Source: a virus. From it: a stretch of DNA of 64,000 nt. A program made the position numbers and the translations under genes. The stretch lies in IMG/VR virus record IMGVR_UViG_3300023174_000141, positions 12,064-76,063 of that record; one strand, written 5' to 3'. Below are positions 1-8,205 of this stretch, one piece after another. Numbering within the stretch: position 1 is the first letter of the stretch; each line of letters starts with the position of its first letter. The notes beneath the pieces were generated by a model. The model was not told where the DNA came from, did not search any database, and worked only from the letters and a program-made list of their open reading frames with translations.

Positions 1-377
1 CGGTGCGCGGTCCAGAATCTCTTCTCGCGCCAGTAGCTAGACATCGTCACGCTGATCATGCAGTTCTTCGGGTCGAGCAGGTTCAGAACCCAGTTCGACA
101 GGTCAGGTCCTGCGAGACCGTTCGACTTCCCGTAGGCGAGGAGGCAGCGCTGCACGCCAGCCCACGCGCTGGCCTCGACTTGCTCTCGCGTGTTTCCCGG
201 CCCAGTAGCGTACCCTCGGCAGGCGTAGTTCTCGAGAGGGGCCACGGTGTAGACCAGCATCTCGTTGGCGGGCACGTTGATGCTCCAGCGCGGAGGCGCC
301 TCGCCCGCCGCGCCGACCAGCCTCGGTCTCGCCAGCTCCTCTCCGAAGGCCAGCGCCACGAGCAGCAGAGCGGTCAC
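1..377 (-). CDS. hypothetical protein, 3' end outside window, short hydrophobic N-terminus
   Basis: Translated by hand. The GTG at 377 overlaps the upstream stop and the frame stays open to the window edge (MTALLLVALAFGEELARPRL...). Confidence 0.55.
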   Translation of the reverse strand, partial: MTALLLVALAFGEELARPRLVGAAGEAPPRWSINVPANEMLVYTVAPLENYACRGYATGPGNTREQVEASAWAGVQRCLLAYGKSNGLAGPDLSNWVLNLLDPKNCMISVTMSSYWREKRFWTAH

Positions 378-886
378 GTCTCGACGCCGAGGATGGAGAG
401 CAGGCCGCGCCGCTGTTCCGTCACGCTCTGCGCCATCGCCTCGTGCTGACGTCGCACGTCAGCCAACCGGAGCGCGAGGTCGTCGCGCTGCTTGAGTGCG
501 CGGTCGCGCTCCTGCCGCGCTCGCTCTACGTTGTCCTCCCCAGCCTTAAGTTGCCCGAGGTAGGTCCTCACGAGGGCGTCGGCGGCTTGCTTGTCCTGCT
601 CTGCCTGCCACGCCAACTTGGTGAGTCGCTGGTTCTCCTTCGTGAGCTGCACCACCTCGGCGGCGAGGTCGCGCTCGGTGAGCTTCGCGTCCGCGAGCTG
701 GCCGCGCAGGTCGACGTTGGACTCGTGCAGCGACCGGATGGTGGCGTCGAGGTCAGGCTCCGGCTCGGGCGGCTCGGTGTGAACCGCCAACATCAGCTTC
801 TCGACATTCATCATGGTCGCCTGGACCTCGAGGTTGAGGCGCAGCACGGCGCGCTCCAGCTCGTCGATGCGTGTGCTCCCGATCAT
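374..886 (-). CDS. coiled-coil hypothetical protein
   Basis: ATG at 886 follows GGAGG. Heptad-rich sequence (MIGSTRIDELERAVLRLNLEVQ...). Confidence 0.75.
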   Translation of the reverse strand: MIGSTRIDELERAVLRLNLEVQATMMNVEKLMLAVHTEPPEPEPDLDATIRSLHESNVDLRGQLADAKLTERDLAAEVVQLTKENQRLTKLAWQAEQDKQAADALVRTYLGQLKAGEDNVERARQERDRALKQRDDLALRLADVRRQHEAMAQSVTEQRRGLLSILGVET

Positions 887-1083
887 ACTGACCTCCAGCC
901 GTGGATGCCCGACAGGGCGAACGTGCGGACCCGGTCGTCCTCGGTGCGTTCGAGGTCGACGGCATCGACCAGCCATTGAGGGCCGGGGTGCCACGACACC
1001 TCGCCGAAGTAGAACCGGATGGGCTTGATGCGGCGCTGGCGGCGCTCGCCTCGCCAGTTGGTGTAGTCGATGACGGCTCTCAT
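883..1083 (-). CDS. stand-alone WYL-domain protein
   Basis: IDYTNWRGERRQRRIKP...QWLVDAVDLER...VRTFALSGI matches the WYL pattern Y..G....R.I.P...W.L.A.D..R...RTF.L..I. Confidence 0.85.
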   Translation of the reverse strand: MRAVIDYTNWRGERRQRRIKPIRFYFGEVSWHPGPQWLVDAVDLERTEDDRVRTFALSGIHGWRSV

Positions 1084-1391
1084 GGCTTCCTCTTCTTCGG
1101 CTTCGGCTTGGGTTCGTGGACGATGTCGGTGTCCGGCTCGACGATGTCCTGCACGAGGACGGCCGGCGCCACGGGCCCCATCGGGGCGCGGGTTGGGACG
1201 TAGGTGCAGGAGAGCGCGCTGCCCCTGTGGTAGCAGGACACGCCGTCCTCGTAGTCTACCCGGGTCGTCTCGCTCGCGAGCATGGCCCGAATGTCCGGCT
1301 TCTCGGAGCAGGACCGGAGACCTCCGATGACGAGGAGCCCGACGAGGATCAGGGCGGCGGCCGTGGCCGTGGTGCGACTGTACTCACGCAT
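1080..1391 (-). CDS. membrane-anchored hypothetical protein
   Basis: Coupled ATG at 1391. Hydrophobic segment AAALILVGLLVIGGLRSC. Confidence 0.65.
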   Translation of the reverse strand: MREYSRTTATAAALILVGLLVIGGLRSCSEKPDIRAMLASETTRVDYEDGVSCYHRGSALSCTYVPTRAPMGPVAPAVLVQDIVEPDTDIVHEPKPKPKKRKP

Positions 1392-1821
1392 CGTTGAAGT
1401 CCTCGCAGTCATCGCGGAAGGCCCACGAGAAGCTCTTCCAGTCGCGGCTGTCCTCGTCGTGCATGGCCGTGGCGAGCCACGACAGGGAGAGCTGGAGCAG
1501 CTCGTCGGCGGCGGCCACGTTGCCGGAGGTGAGCATGAGGGGCTCAAGCTCGGCGGCCCGGTCGGCCTCCGCCTGGGCGACCTTCACGTCCACGTCCACG
1601 GAGACGCGGACCCACGTCGTATCGCCCTCGCGCCGGGCCGTGCGCTGGCGGCTGTCGATGAGGTCAGCGAGGCCGCGCAGCGTGGCGCTCAGGGCCTCGC
1701 GCTCGTCGCGCCCGGAGCGCGTCACGGTGGCGCCGGCCCCAATGCCGGGGAGCGTCATCGTGGCGACGGCTCGGTTGTCGTCAGCGGCGAGCGAGATGGT
1801 CACGGGTTCACGGGTTCTCAT
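1384..1821 (-). CDS. hypothetical protein
   Basis: Overlapping ORF in the operon with GC3-biased codons. Confidence 0.7.
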   Translation of the reverse strand: MRTREPVTISLAADDNRAVATMTLPGIGAGATVTRSGRDEREALSATLRGLADLIDSRQRTARREGDTTWVRVSVDVDVKVAQAEADRAAELEPLMLTSGNVAAADELLQLSLSWLATAMHDEDSRDWKSFSWAFRDDCEDFNDA

Positions 1822-1960
1822 TGTCGTCGTCCTCGTCGTCCCAGGGGTTGTGGAAGTGAGCGTCGGGGGTGATCTGGTAGCCCACGATCAGCATGATGTA
1901 GGCGATCAGCATGCTGGCGGGGCAGAGCAGGCCCCCCAGCGTAGTGTAGATGGGGTTCAT
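1808..1960 (-). CDS. small single-TM protein with acidic tail
   Basis: Translated by hand: MNPIYTTLGGLLCPASMLIAYIMLIVGYQITPDAHFHNPWDDEDDDNENP. ATGA overlap with the upstream gene. Confidence 0.6.
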   Translation of the reverse strand: MNPIYTTLGGLLCPASMLIAYIMLIVGYQITPDAHFHNPWDDEDDDNENP

Positions 1961-2193
1961 GCGACACGCGTGCGGGCGAGGCGGTGCTCGACCTCAGCGT
2001 AGGCGCGAGACTCCATCCAAGGCTGCGCGGCGATGACCTCCCACCCGTCGTCCTCGGTAGCGGCGCGGACCTCGTCCACCTCCACCACCAGCGTGCGGTA
2101 GGCCCGGTCGCCCACCGGGAGGAGGTCGTAGGTGTAGGTCACGTCGGCCTCGAAGATGCAGCCGTCGTTGTCGTAGAACGTGATCGTCATCAT
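1957..2193 (-). CDS. small acidic hypothetical protein
   Basis: RBS GGAG, GC3 bias, coupled to the next ORF. Confidence 0.75.
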   Translation of the reverse strand: MMTITFYDNDGCIFEADVTYTYDLLPVGDRAYRTLVVEVDEVRAATEDDGWEVIAAQPWMESRAYAEVEHRLARTRVA

Positions 2194-2251
2194 GGTGGTC
2201 TCCGTTTGCGTGCGGTGTTACAGCGTAGCTGTCGGGGGCCCTGCGTATTCT

Positions 2252-2491
2252 CTACGGCGCTTCGGCCATGAGACGCTCACCTGGGCGCGCCTCCACGGCG
2301 CTGAGCATGTCGAGGTAGATGAGGGCGCGCTTGAGGCCGTCCACCTTGCCCTTGGCGTAGTCGCCCTGCATCCCGGCGTAGGTGGCGGCGAACTCTTCGA
2401 GGTTGCGGCGGATGATCGCGACGCGCTGGCCGATGTACTTGAGGCGCATCTCGGGAGTGAGCAGGGCGAAGTATTCGGACTCGGTCATCAT
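2252..2491 (-). CDS. hypothetical protein
   Basis: ATG at 2491 follows GGAG and lies just downstream of the promoter at 2516-2544. Confidence 0.7.
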   Translation of the reverse strand: MMTESEYFALLTPEMRLKYIGQRVAIIRRNLEEFAATYAGMQGDYAKGKVDGLKRALIYLDMLSAVEARPGERLMAEAP

Positions 2492-2515
2492 GGCGTGCTC
2501 CGGGGTGGCGTGTAC

Positions 2516-2544
2516 TATGTAGCGGTGCGGTAAGGTGTCGTCAA
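2516..2544 (-). promoter_or_regulatory. sigma70-type promoter
   Basis: TTGACG-17 bp-TACATA on the minus strand. The spacer resembles that of the 5591-5619 promoter. Confidence 0.6.
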
Positions 2545-2644
2545 GCGGGAGCCGGAAGGGACGCACGTTGGAGGCGCTGTCGCGGGTCAACGTGCTCGGG
2601 CGCTCGAACGTGCGCCCCTTGCGGCCCCCGCTGGGGCCTGGGTT

Positions 2645-4066
2645 CTACGCCTCGGCGCGCTGCGCGAGGACCGGGAGGAGGGCACCGGCGGCCCGCTCGA
2701 CGCGCCACCGCTGGGCCTCGTCGAGGAGGCCGTCGTGCGCGGCCCGGGTCACGGCGTTGAAGATGTCGGCGAGGGTCTCGCCCGGCTCGGCGTCGAAGCC
2801 GCGGAGGAGGGCCTCGACCATGACGTCGCGGCCGACGTCCGGGTCCAGCTCGCCGCTGGTGACGAGCCCCTTGAGGAACGCCTTGGGGTCGTTGGCCTTG
2901 CTCACCTTGGCGAGCGGGGTCTCCCGGAGGATGCCCCACGCGTCGAGGAAGAACCGGGCTGCCTCGCCGGTGCGGTTGACGAGGTCGCCCACGTCCTGCT
3001 GGATCTTGGCCAGTCCCTGGCTCGTGAGGTCCGCCACCCGGCTGCCCTTGTGCACGCGGCGGAGGGACTCGTTGCCGAAGTCGCCGGTCGTGCAGTTGAT
3101 GCAGATGATCCGGGTGAACGTGTTGCCGCCACGGTGGGAGCCGCTGCCGGCGTCGTTGGTGCGGGCGGAGATGCCGGACTCGAACACGTCGCCGACGCTG
3201 GGCCGGAAGCTCTGCGGCGCGTGCCACGTCGCCCGGATGGTCACGTCCGTGGTCTCGCCGTTGTAGGCGATGGCCCCTCGGGGGTCCGGCAGACCCAGCG
3301 CGTCGAGGGTCTCGACGTATGCGTTGAGCACGCGGTCGGCGTCCATCGGCATGTACGTCGGGCTCACCGCGGCGAAGGCGCGCCAGCCGCCGACGTTGCG
3401 GAGCCTGAGCCGGAGGTTGCGCTCGTCGTCGGTGTACCACTCATGCAGTCGGCCAAGCTGGGCGTTGACCGCCTCGGCGCGGGCGGCCGGGTCGAGCATG
3501 GACAGGAAGGTCCACGCGTTGGGGAAGGCGCGGGGGAACCGGCCGATGATCCCCTTCAGCGCGTTGGGTTCGAGGGCGATGGGCTGGCGGCCCCGGGTAA
3601 GCTGGCCGTCGGCCGTGAGGCGCAGGGCCTTGGCGTCGCCCAGCACCATGTCGCGCCGGTCCTCGGAGCGGATGACGTCGATCACCTCGCGGGCCGCGTC
3701 CCGGAAGACGGGCAGGTTCTCGTGCCGCTTGGCGAGGGAGCCGAACTTGGCGCGCCCCTCGGGGAGCATCTCGGTGCCGGCGGCGAACCACGTCGGAGGC
3801 GGCGCGAAGCCGCGCGCCTTGAGGAACTTCTCGGCGGCGACAATGCGGGCCTGGGCCTCGGGGTCCACGTCCACGCCGGGGCGGAGCGTGACCGGCCTGG
3901 GTGCCGGCACCTCGACGACGTCGACGGGGACGAGCTTCCCTTCGAAGCCCGCCTCGGCGTAGGCCCGCATGATGACGTCACGGGGGCCCTCGCCGACGTT
4001 ACCGTCGGGGTGGAGCCAGCGGAGGCGGGCGGGGAGGTTGGTGCTGTTGTCGGTGTTGGGGGTCAT
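2645..4066 (-). CDS. DUF932-like protein
   Basis: C-terminal GISARTNDAGSGS...FTRIICINC resembles the DUF932 N(S)xxGxxS...RxxCxN motif. RBS AGGAG. Confidence 0.65.
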   Translation of the reverse strand: MTPNTDNSTNLPARLRWLHPDGNVGEGPRDVIMRAYAEAGFEGKLVPVDVVEVPAPRPVTLRPGVDVDPEAQARIVAAEKFLKARGFAPPPTWFAAGTEMLPEGRAKFGSLAKRHENLPVFRDAAREVIDVIRSEDRRDMVLGDAKALRLTADGQLTRGRQPIALEPNALKGIIGRFPRAFPNAWTFLSMLDPAARAEAVNAQLGRLHEWYTDDERNLRLRLRNVGGWRAFAAVSPTYMPMDADRVLNAYVETLDALGLPDPRGAIAYNGETTDVTIRATWHAPQSFRPSVGDVFESGISARTNDAGSGSHRGGNTFTRIICINCTTGDFGNESLRRVHKGSRVADLTSQGLAKIQQDVGDLVNRTGEAARFFLDAWGILRETPLAKVSKANDPKAFLKGLVTSGELDPDVGRDVMVEALLRGFDAEPGETLADIFNAVTRAAHDGLLDEAQRWRVERAAGALLPVLAQRAEA

Positions 4067-4149
4067 GGTGCGTTCTCCTGGGTGGTGCAGTCTACTATGT
4101 CGGGGTGGTATGAGTGTCGAGGGTGGCCGGGCATATTCTCGGCGGCCGG

Positions 4150-4446
4150 TTAGAAGCTGTCCGCCTGTGCTCCCCACAGGCAAGCCGCCGCGGCATTCGC
4201 ACACAGCGCGCCCTGCCGGGCGGCCTCGCGCATGTCGGCGTCACGACCGGCGGCGGCCCACCGCTCGGCGGCCACAGTCCACAGCCGGGCGGCCTCGACG
4301 TAGGCGCGGGCGGCGGTCTGGAGGAACCCCTCCCGGGCGTCGGCGTCGCCGACCTGGGCCCAGCGCTCGGCGGTGTCCTCCGCGGCGGTGGCCTCCGCCT
4401 CGCGGAAGTCGATCACGTCGGCGGGTGTTGCGTTGTAGTCGGTCAC
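4150..4446 (-). CDS. Ala-rich helical hypothetical protein
   Basis: RBS AGGAGGT before the GTG start. Confidence 0.7.
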   Translation of the reverse strand: MTDYNATPADVIDFREAEATAAEDTAERWAQVGDADAREGFLQTAARAYVEAARLWTVAAERWAAAGRDADMREAARQGALCANAAAACLWGAQADSF

Positions 4447-4542
4447 TTGATACCTCCTGCATGTTGGGGACGTGTGCGTTTACGGTGTCGGGCACCGGCT
4501 CCCGGCACGCCGGGCTAGGGCGTGTCGGGCGTCGAGGTCCGG

Positions 4543-4830
4543 CTAGCCGTTAAGGTCGGCGGCCCAGCCTTCCGTATAGGCGGCAGCGCGGGTGAGAAGG
4601 TCTGCCCGGTCGAGGTCCGCCTGGGTGCCTCCGTCGACGGCGGCAGCCTCGCGGAGGATGGACGCGGCCTCGCGGAGGTGGATCGCGGATCGCCGGTACT
4701 CGTCCTGGGCCTTATCGAACCGGCCCGCCCTTTCGTAGTCCTCCGCGTGGCCGTCGCACCGGTCGCTCCAGCTTTCGCGGGCGTTGGCGTCGGCGCGCAG
4801 GCGGGAGGCGGGGGTGAGGTAGGGATCCAT
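4543..4830 (-). CDS. Ala-rich helical hypothetical protein
   Basis: ORF in the operon with RBS GGAG. Confidence 0.7.
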   Translation of the reverse strand: MDPYLTPASRLRADANARESWSDRCDGHAEDYERAGRFDKAQDEYRRSAIHLREAASILREAAAVDGGTQADLDRADLLTRAAAYTEGWAADLNG

Positions 4831-4833
4831 GTG

Positions 4834-4980
4834 CTAGCTCCGGGAGGTGTCGACGATCACGCCGACGATTAGGAACAGGGGGGCGCCGGCGGCTACCAGC
4901 CCGGCGAGGTCAACCATACCGACGGCGAGGCACGCGCCGGCCGTGGCCACAAGGGCCGCGAAGCTGTAGACGCCGATCAT
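4834..4980 (-). CDS. small two-TM membrane protein
   Basis: Translated by hand: MIGVYSFAALVATAGACLAVGMVDLAGLVAAGAPLFLIVGVIVDTSRS. ATGA overlap. Confidence 0.55.
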   Translation of the reverse strand: MIGVYSFAALVATAGACLAVGMVDLAGLVAAGAPLFLIVGVIVDTSRS

Positions 4981-5294
4981 GCGCGCACCGCGTCGACCTG
5001 GGTGCACCGGGCGCGGACCTTATCGGCGTCCGCGAGGGCCTCCGCGCCTGCGAGGAGGCAGCCGTCCGCGCAGTCCGCGTCACTCTCCCGGCCGCCCGGG
5101 GAATGACGGGCCGCCAGCCATAGCCCGGCCGCCTTGTGCCAAAGCGTCGCGGCGCGTTCCCATTCCGTCGACGTGTCGACGTTGATCGCGGCGGACTCCG
5201 CGCACGTCGCGAGGTATTCGACCTCGCGCGCGGCGCGGCGCGCCTGTCCCGCGAGCGTAAGAGGGCCGTGGCCCCAAAGGTGGCGCCGGTTCAC
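4977..5294 (-). CDS. Ala-rich helical hypothetical protein
   Basis: GTGA overlap with the upstream ORF. Confidence 0.65.
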   Translation of the reverse strand: MNRRHLWGHGPLTLAGQARRAAREVEYLATCAESAAINVDTSTEWERAATLWHKAAGLWLAARHSPGGRESDADCADGCLLAGAEALADADKVRARCTQVDAVRA

Positions 5295-5536
5295 GCGGAC
5301 ACCGCGGCCGCGAAGCGCCAGCCCGTGCGGGTGCCCTCGGAGGCGGCGTACACCTTGACTGCGCCGAGCTTTGCGCCCAGCGCCCGGGCCGCTTGCTCGT
5401 GGGTACCGTAAATGCCGGCCGCGTGATCGAATGGCACGCGGGCGGTGACGCGGCGGCCGTCGACAGTTGCGGAAGCGGTGACGCGCGAGCCGCGGGTATT
5501 CGTGGGGCCGCTGTAGCGAGTGGTGATCGTGATCAT
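5291..5536 (-). CDS. small phage early protein
   Basis: ITTRYSGPTNTRGSRV.A is a recurrent N-terminal motif in small phage proteins. First gene after a strong promoter. Confidence 0.75.
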   Translation of the reverse strand: MITITTRYSGPTNTRGSRVTASATVDGRRVTARVPFDHAAGIYGTHEQAARALGAKLGAVKVYAASEGTRTGWRFAAAVSA

Positions 5537-5590
5537 GTTGACCTCTAGTTGGGTTCGTGTGCGCCGGGGTTCGTCCCCCCGGCTGTTAGG

Positions 5591-5640
5591 AATGTACCGT
5601 GGCGGTATGGTGTAGTCAAGCCGCCCCGGTAGATTTATTT
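5591..5640 (-). promoter_or_regulatory. strong sigma70 promoter with A/T-rich UP-like element and palindromic operator in the spacer
   Basis: AAATAAATCT-N11-TTGACT-17 bp-TACATT. The spacer region contains TACCG-CCA-CGGTA. Confidence 0.8.
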
Positions 5641-5748
5641 CGGGGTCGCGCCGGTCGGGGTTGACCTTGGCTCACCTTGCCCCGGCCGGCGGGCGTCTAG
5701 ACGTTGCGGTCTAAACCCCCGTCGGCGTTAGCTTATTCGTAAACCCTT

Positions 5749-6039
5749 GATCTTTAACGTGTAACGCCGCGCCATGCTACGATCCGCACGGGGCGCGCAT
5801 CTCTACAGCGTTACCCGTTACGCGACCTGGGTGTAGGGTTACCCGGAAGCTCTTAAAGATCTAGATCGGGGAGATCGATCTAGGCTCATTAGTAGACCTG
5901 ATCAGGACATGTAACGGGTAACGATTTGATCTATGGATCTGTAAGCCCATAGGATCGTTCGGGGATCCCGTTATAAGGGGGGGCCTAACTGCAACCGAGT
6001 TGCATTTAGGGCTAGGCCCCCCGGCCGGAGTTGCAACTC
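5749..6039. repeat. GATC-dense, inverted-repeat-rich non-coding locus (candidate origin or pac site)
   Basis: 11 GATC sites between 5749 and 5967. Perfect 13-bp inverted repeat CGTTACCCGTTAC (5809-5821) / GTAACGGGTAACG (5911-5923). TGCAAC/GTTGCA palindromes at 5984-6010 and 6028-6039. Confidence 0.7.
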
Positions 6040-6057
6040 GGGCCCCCGTCCCCCGGG

Positions 6058-7125
6058 CTAGGCGCGAGCCGCGGACCGGGACCGGCGGGCCTCATTCATG
6101 CGGGCCAGCGCTTCGACCGCGCGGCAGCGGGCCGCGGCGCTACGGTTCGCGTGGCCGTGGGACATAATCACGACGGGCCCGCGGGGGTCCGGGTGGACGG
6201 TCCACGTTTCGGCACGCTCGCGGGACGCGCCGTCGCACAAGCCGCAGGTCGCGCACGTTGCATCGCTCGCGCGCTCGGTCGACGCGGGACAATGGGCGGA
6301 GGGCCCGGCGCCGGCAAGGGCTACCGCGTCGGCGACCGCGTCGGGGTTGCGCCCGTCGACGACCGTAAAGGGACGCCACCCCTGCGCGAGCGCGAGCCGC
6401 GCCTCCGCGGGGCTATGCGCGCTTGCCATCGCGAACGTGCGCCACGGGGCCGCGACCTGGGGCGCGTAGGCCCACGTCCGCGTGTAGCAGGTCCACACCG
6501 CGGGCCGCTCGCGCCCGTCGGGGTGGGCGACCCGAACGCGGGGACCGCGATGGCCGCCGGTCGTATCGTGGCATGCGGCGTATAGGGCCGCGTGGATTTC
6601 CGCGGGGGCGGCGGCCGGGTCGCCCCACGAGCCGCCGCGCACGCCCGCAATGCGGCCCGCGGCAAGCTGGCGACGGACGTAGGCTTGCGCCTCCGCCAGC
6701 GTGGCGACGGGGTAGGCCCCCCTCCCGACGGCCGCGGCTACGTCGCCCGGCCCATTCAACACGTAGCACGGGTCCGGGGCCTCGAAGCCCGCAGCCTTCA
6801 ACGCGGCGACGGTGCTAGGGCGGAGGGGGCAACCCCCGCACACCGCGGCGTCGCATCCCCCCGCGAGGGCGTCAAACCATGCGCGGGACGCGTCTCCCTG
6901 GCTCGTGCCCGCAGCCGGGATCATCGCGCGCGGGAGGATGTACGTTTGAGCGAGCGGGAGGGGGCCGCCCGACGTCTTATCGTTACTCGACGTGCCCCGC
7001 AGGGACGTGAGCACGACGACAATAGGGGCGCCGTTGATCAAGCTCGGGCCGTCATAGATGATCACGCCCTTCGGGACGGGCGGGAGGGAGGGGCGACGGG
7101 CGCGGGGGGAGGGCATGGGGTACAC
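6058..7125 (-). CDS. Cys-rich conserved phage protein (putative metal or Fe-S enzyme)
   Basis: Motifs SxNxKT, CGGCP...CYV, RGGSWGDP, CYT..W, MASAHS and CP...TCATCGLC. Confidence 0.7.
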   Translation of the reverse strand: MYPMPSPRARRPSLPPVPKGVIIYDGPSLINGAPIVVVLTSLRGTSSNDKTSGGPLPLAQTYILPRAMIPAAGTSQGDASRAWFDALAGGCDAAVCGGCPLRPSTVAALKAAGFEAPDPCYVLNGPGDVAAAVGRGAYPVATLAEAQAYVRRQLAAGRIAGVRGGSWGDPAAAPAEIHAALYAACHDTTGGHRGPRVRVAHPDGRERPAVWTCYTRTWAYAPQVAAPWRTFAMASAHSPAEARLALAQGWRPFTVVDGRNPDAVADAVALAGAGPSAHCPASTERASDATCATCGLCDGASRERAETWTVHPDPRGPVVIMSHGHANRSAAARCRAVEALARMNEARRSRSAARA

Positions 7126-7230
7126 CTTCGAGAAGGGCCCTAGGAACGCGCCTAGGGCAAATGGGGATGCGGGGTAGGGTAGGGTAGCGGGGCGCCTATC
7201 CGCGTGGCGCGGCGCCCCGTTTCCGCGCGA

Positions 7231-7551
7231 CTAACGGGCCATGCGGTACGCGGCGCGAGCCACGCGGAACGCGTGACGGCCGACGGCGCGCAGGGCGCGG
7301 GGCGCGTGCGCGTCCCACGCACGAACGGCGATCACAGCGAGCCCGAGCGCCGCGAAACCGCCAGCCATGGCGAGGAGGAACACGTCGACCGTCGCCATAA
7401 CGGGCGCGCTAAACGCGACGCGCACGATATCGAAAGCGAGCGCGCTAAGCGTATCCGCGACGGGGGCCGCAGGTGCCGCGAGCTTCGCGCCAACGTATAC
7501 GCCGACGAAGGGGAAGGAAACGAGCGCGGGGAAGAGGCGGGAGGTGTTCAC
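7231..7551 (-). CDS. membrane hypothetical protein
   Basis: Hydrophobic segments. The GTG start downstream of the 7601-7632 promoter-like element is inferred. Confidence 0.55.
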   Translation of the reverse strand: MNTSRLFPALVSFPFVGVYVGAKLAAPAAPVADTLSALAFDIVRVAFSAPVMATVDVFLLAMAGGFAALGLAVIAVRAWDAHAPRALRAVGRHAFRVARAAYRMAR

Positions 7552-7600
7552 GTTGACCCTGTGTGCGCCGGGGGAGTGAGTGAGTGTTTCCCGGCGACAC

Positions 7601-7640
7601 ACTATACATACCATGGCGGTTGATACACGCAAGGGAAAAA
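7601..7640 (-). promoter_or_regulatory. probable leftward early promoter with operator-like site
   Basis: TTTTTCCC-TTGCGT...AACCGCCATGGTA-TG-TATAGT on the minus strand. Confidence 0.5.
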
Positions 7641-8205
7641 CGCACCGCCCCCAAAATAGATCTGGCCGCCTCCCAGGCCGACGCGCCCGCGCGCCTCCGA
7701 GCTTCACGTCCTCCGAGCTGTGAGCCCGGGGGACGGGCGCGCCCGCGGCGCGCACGGGACACGGGCCGCCCCCGGCAGGGTGCCGACGCGCCAACCCGCC
7801 CGCGGCGCCCGCCCGTCCGCGCCGGTCCCCCGCTCACCCGTCGCCGCCGGTACGCCCGTCCGCCCGCAAGCTGGACCGCCCGACCGTCCGCCCTCCCGCC
7901 AGCCCGGCGCCGATCAACCCCCCGACGCGCCCGACCCCGACGCCGGTCGGCGCGCCCCCGCGGGGGAGGGTCGCGCAGGGGATCCCGACGACGCCAGCCG
8001 ACGACGCCGAGCCGAAGCCCCGGAGTACCGGCGCCGCAACGCCGCCGAAAAGTTTTAGACACCCCCATTCCCGCTTTTGGTCATCAGGGGACCCATAGCC
8101 GAAAGCCCTTTCCGGGACCGCGCACAAAATCCGAAACGCCATACCACTGCGGTTTAAGCTAGTCGTCTTGCCGCCACGGTGTTATACCAAACCGACGAGG
8201 ACCCC

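Noticed and set aside
1920-1945. Possible frameshift at a C6 run in the small membrane ORF
   Set aside because: Recounting shows the frame is intact from 1960 to 1808.
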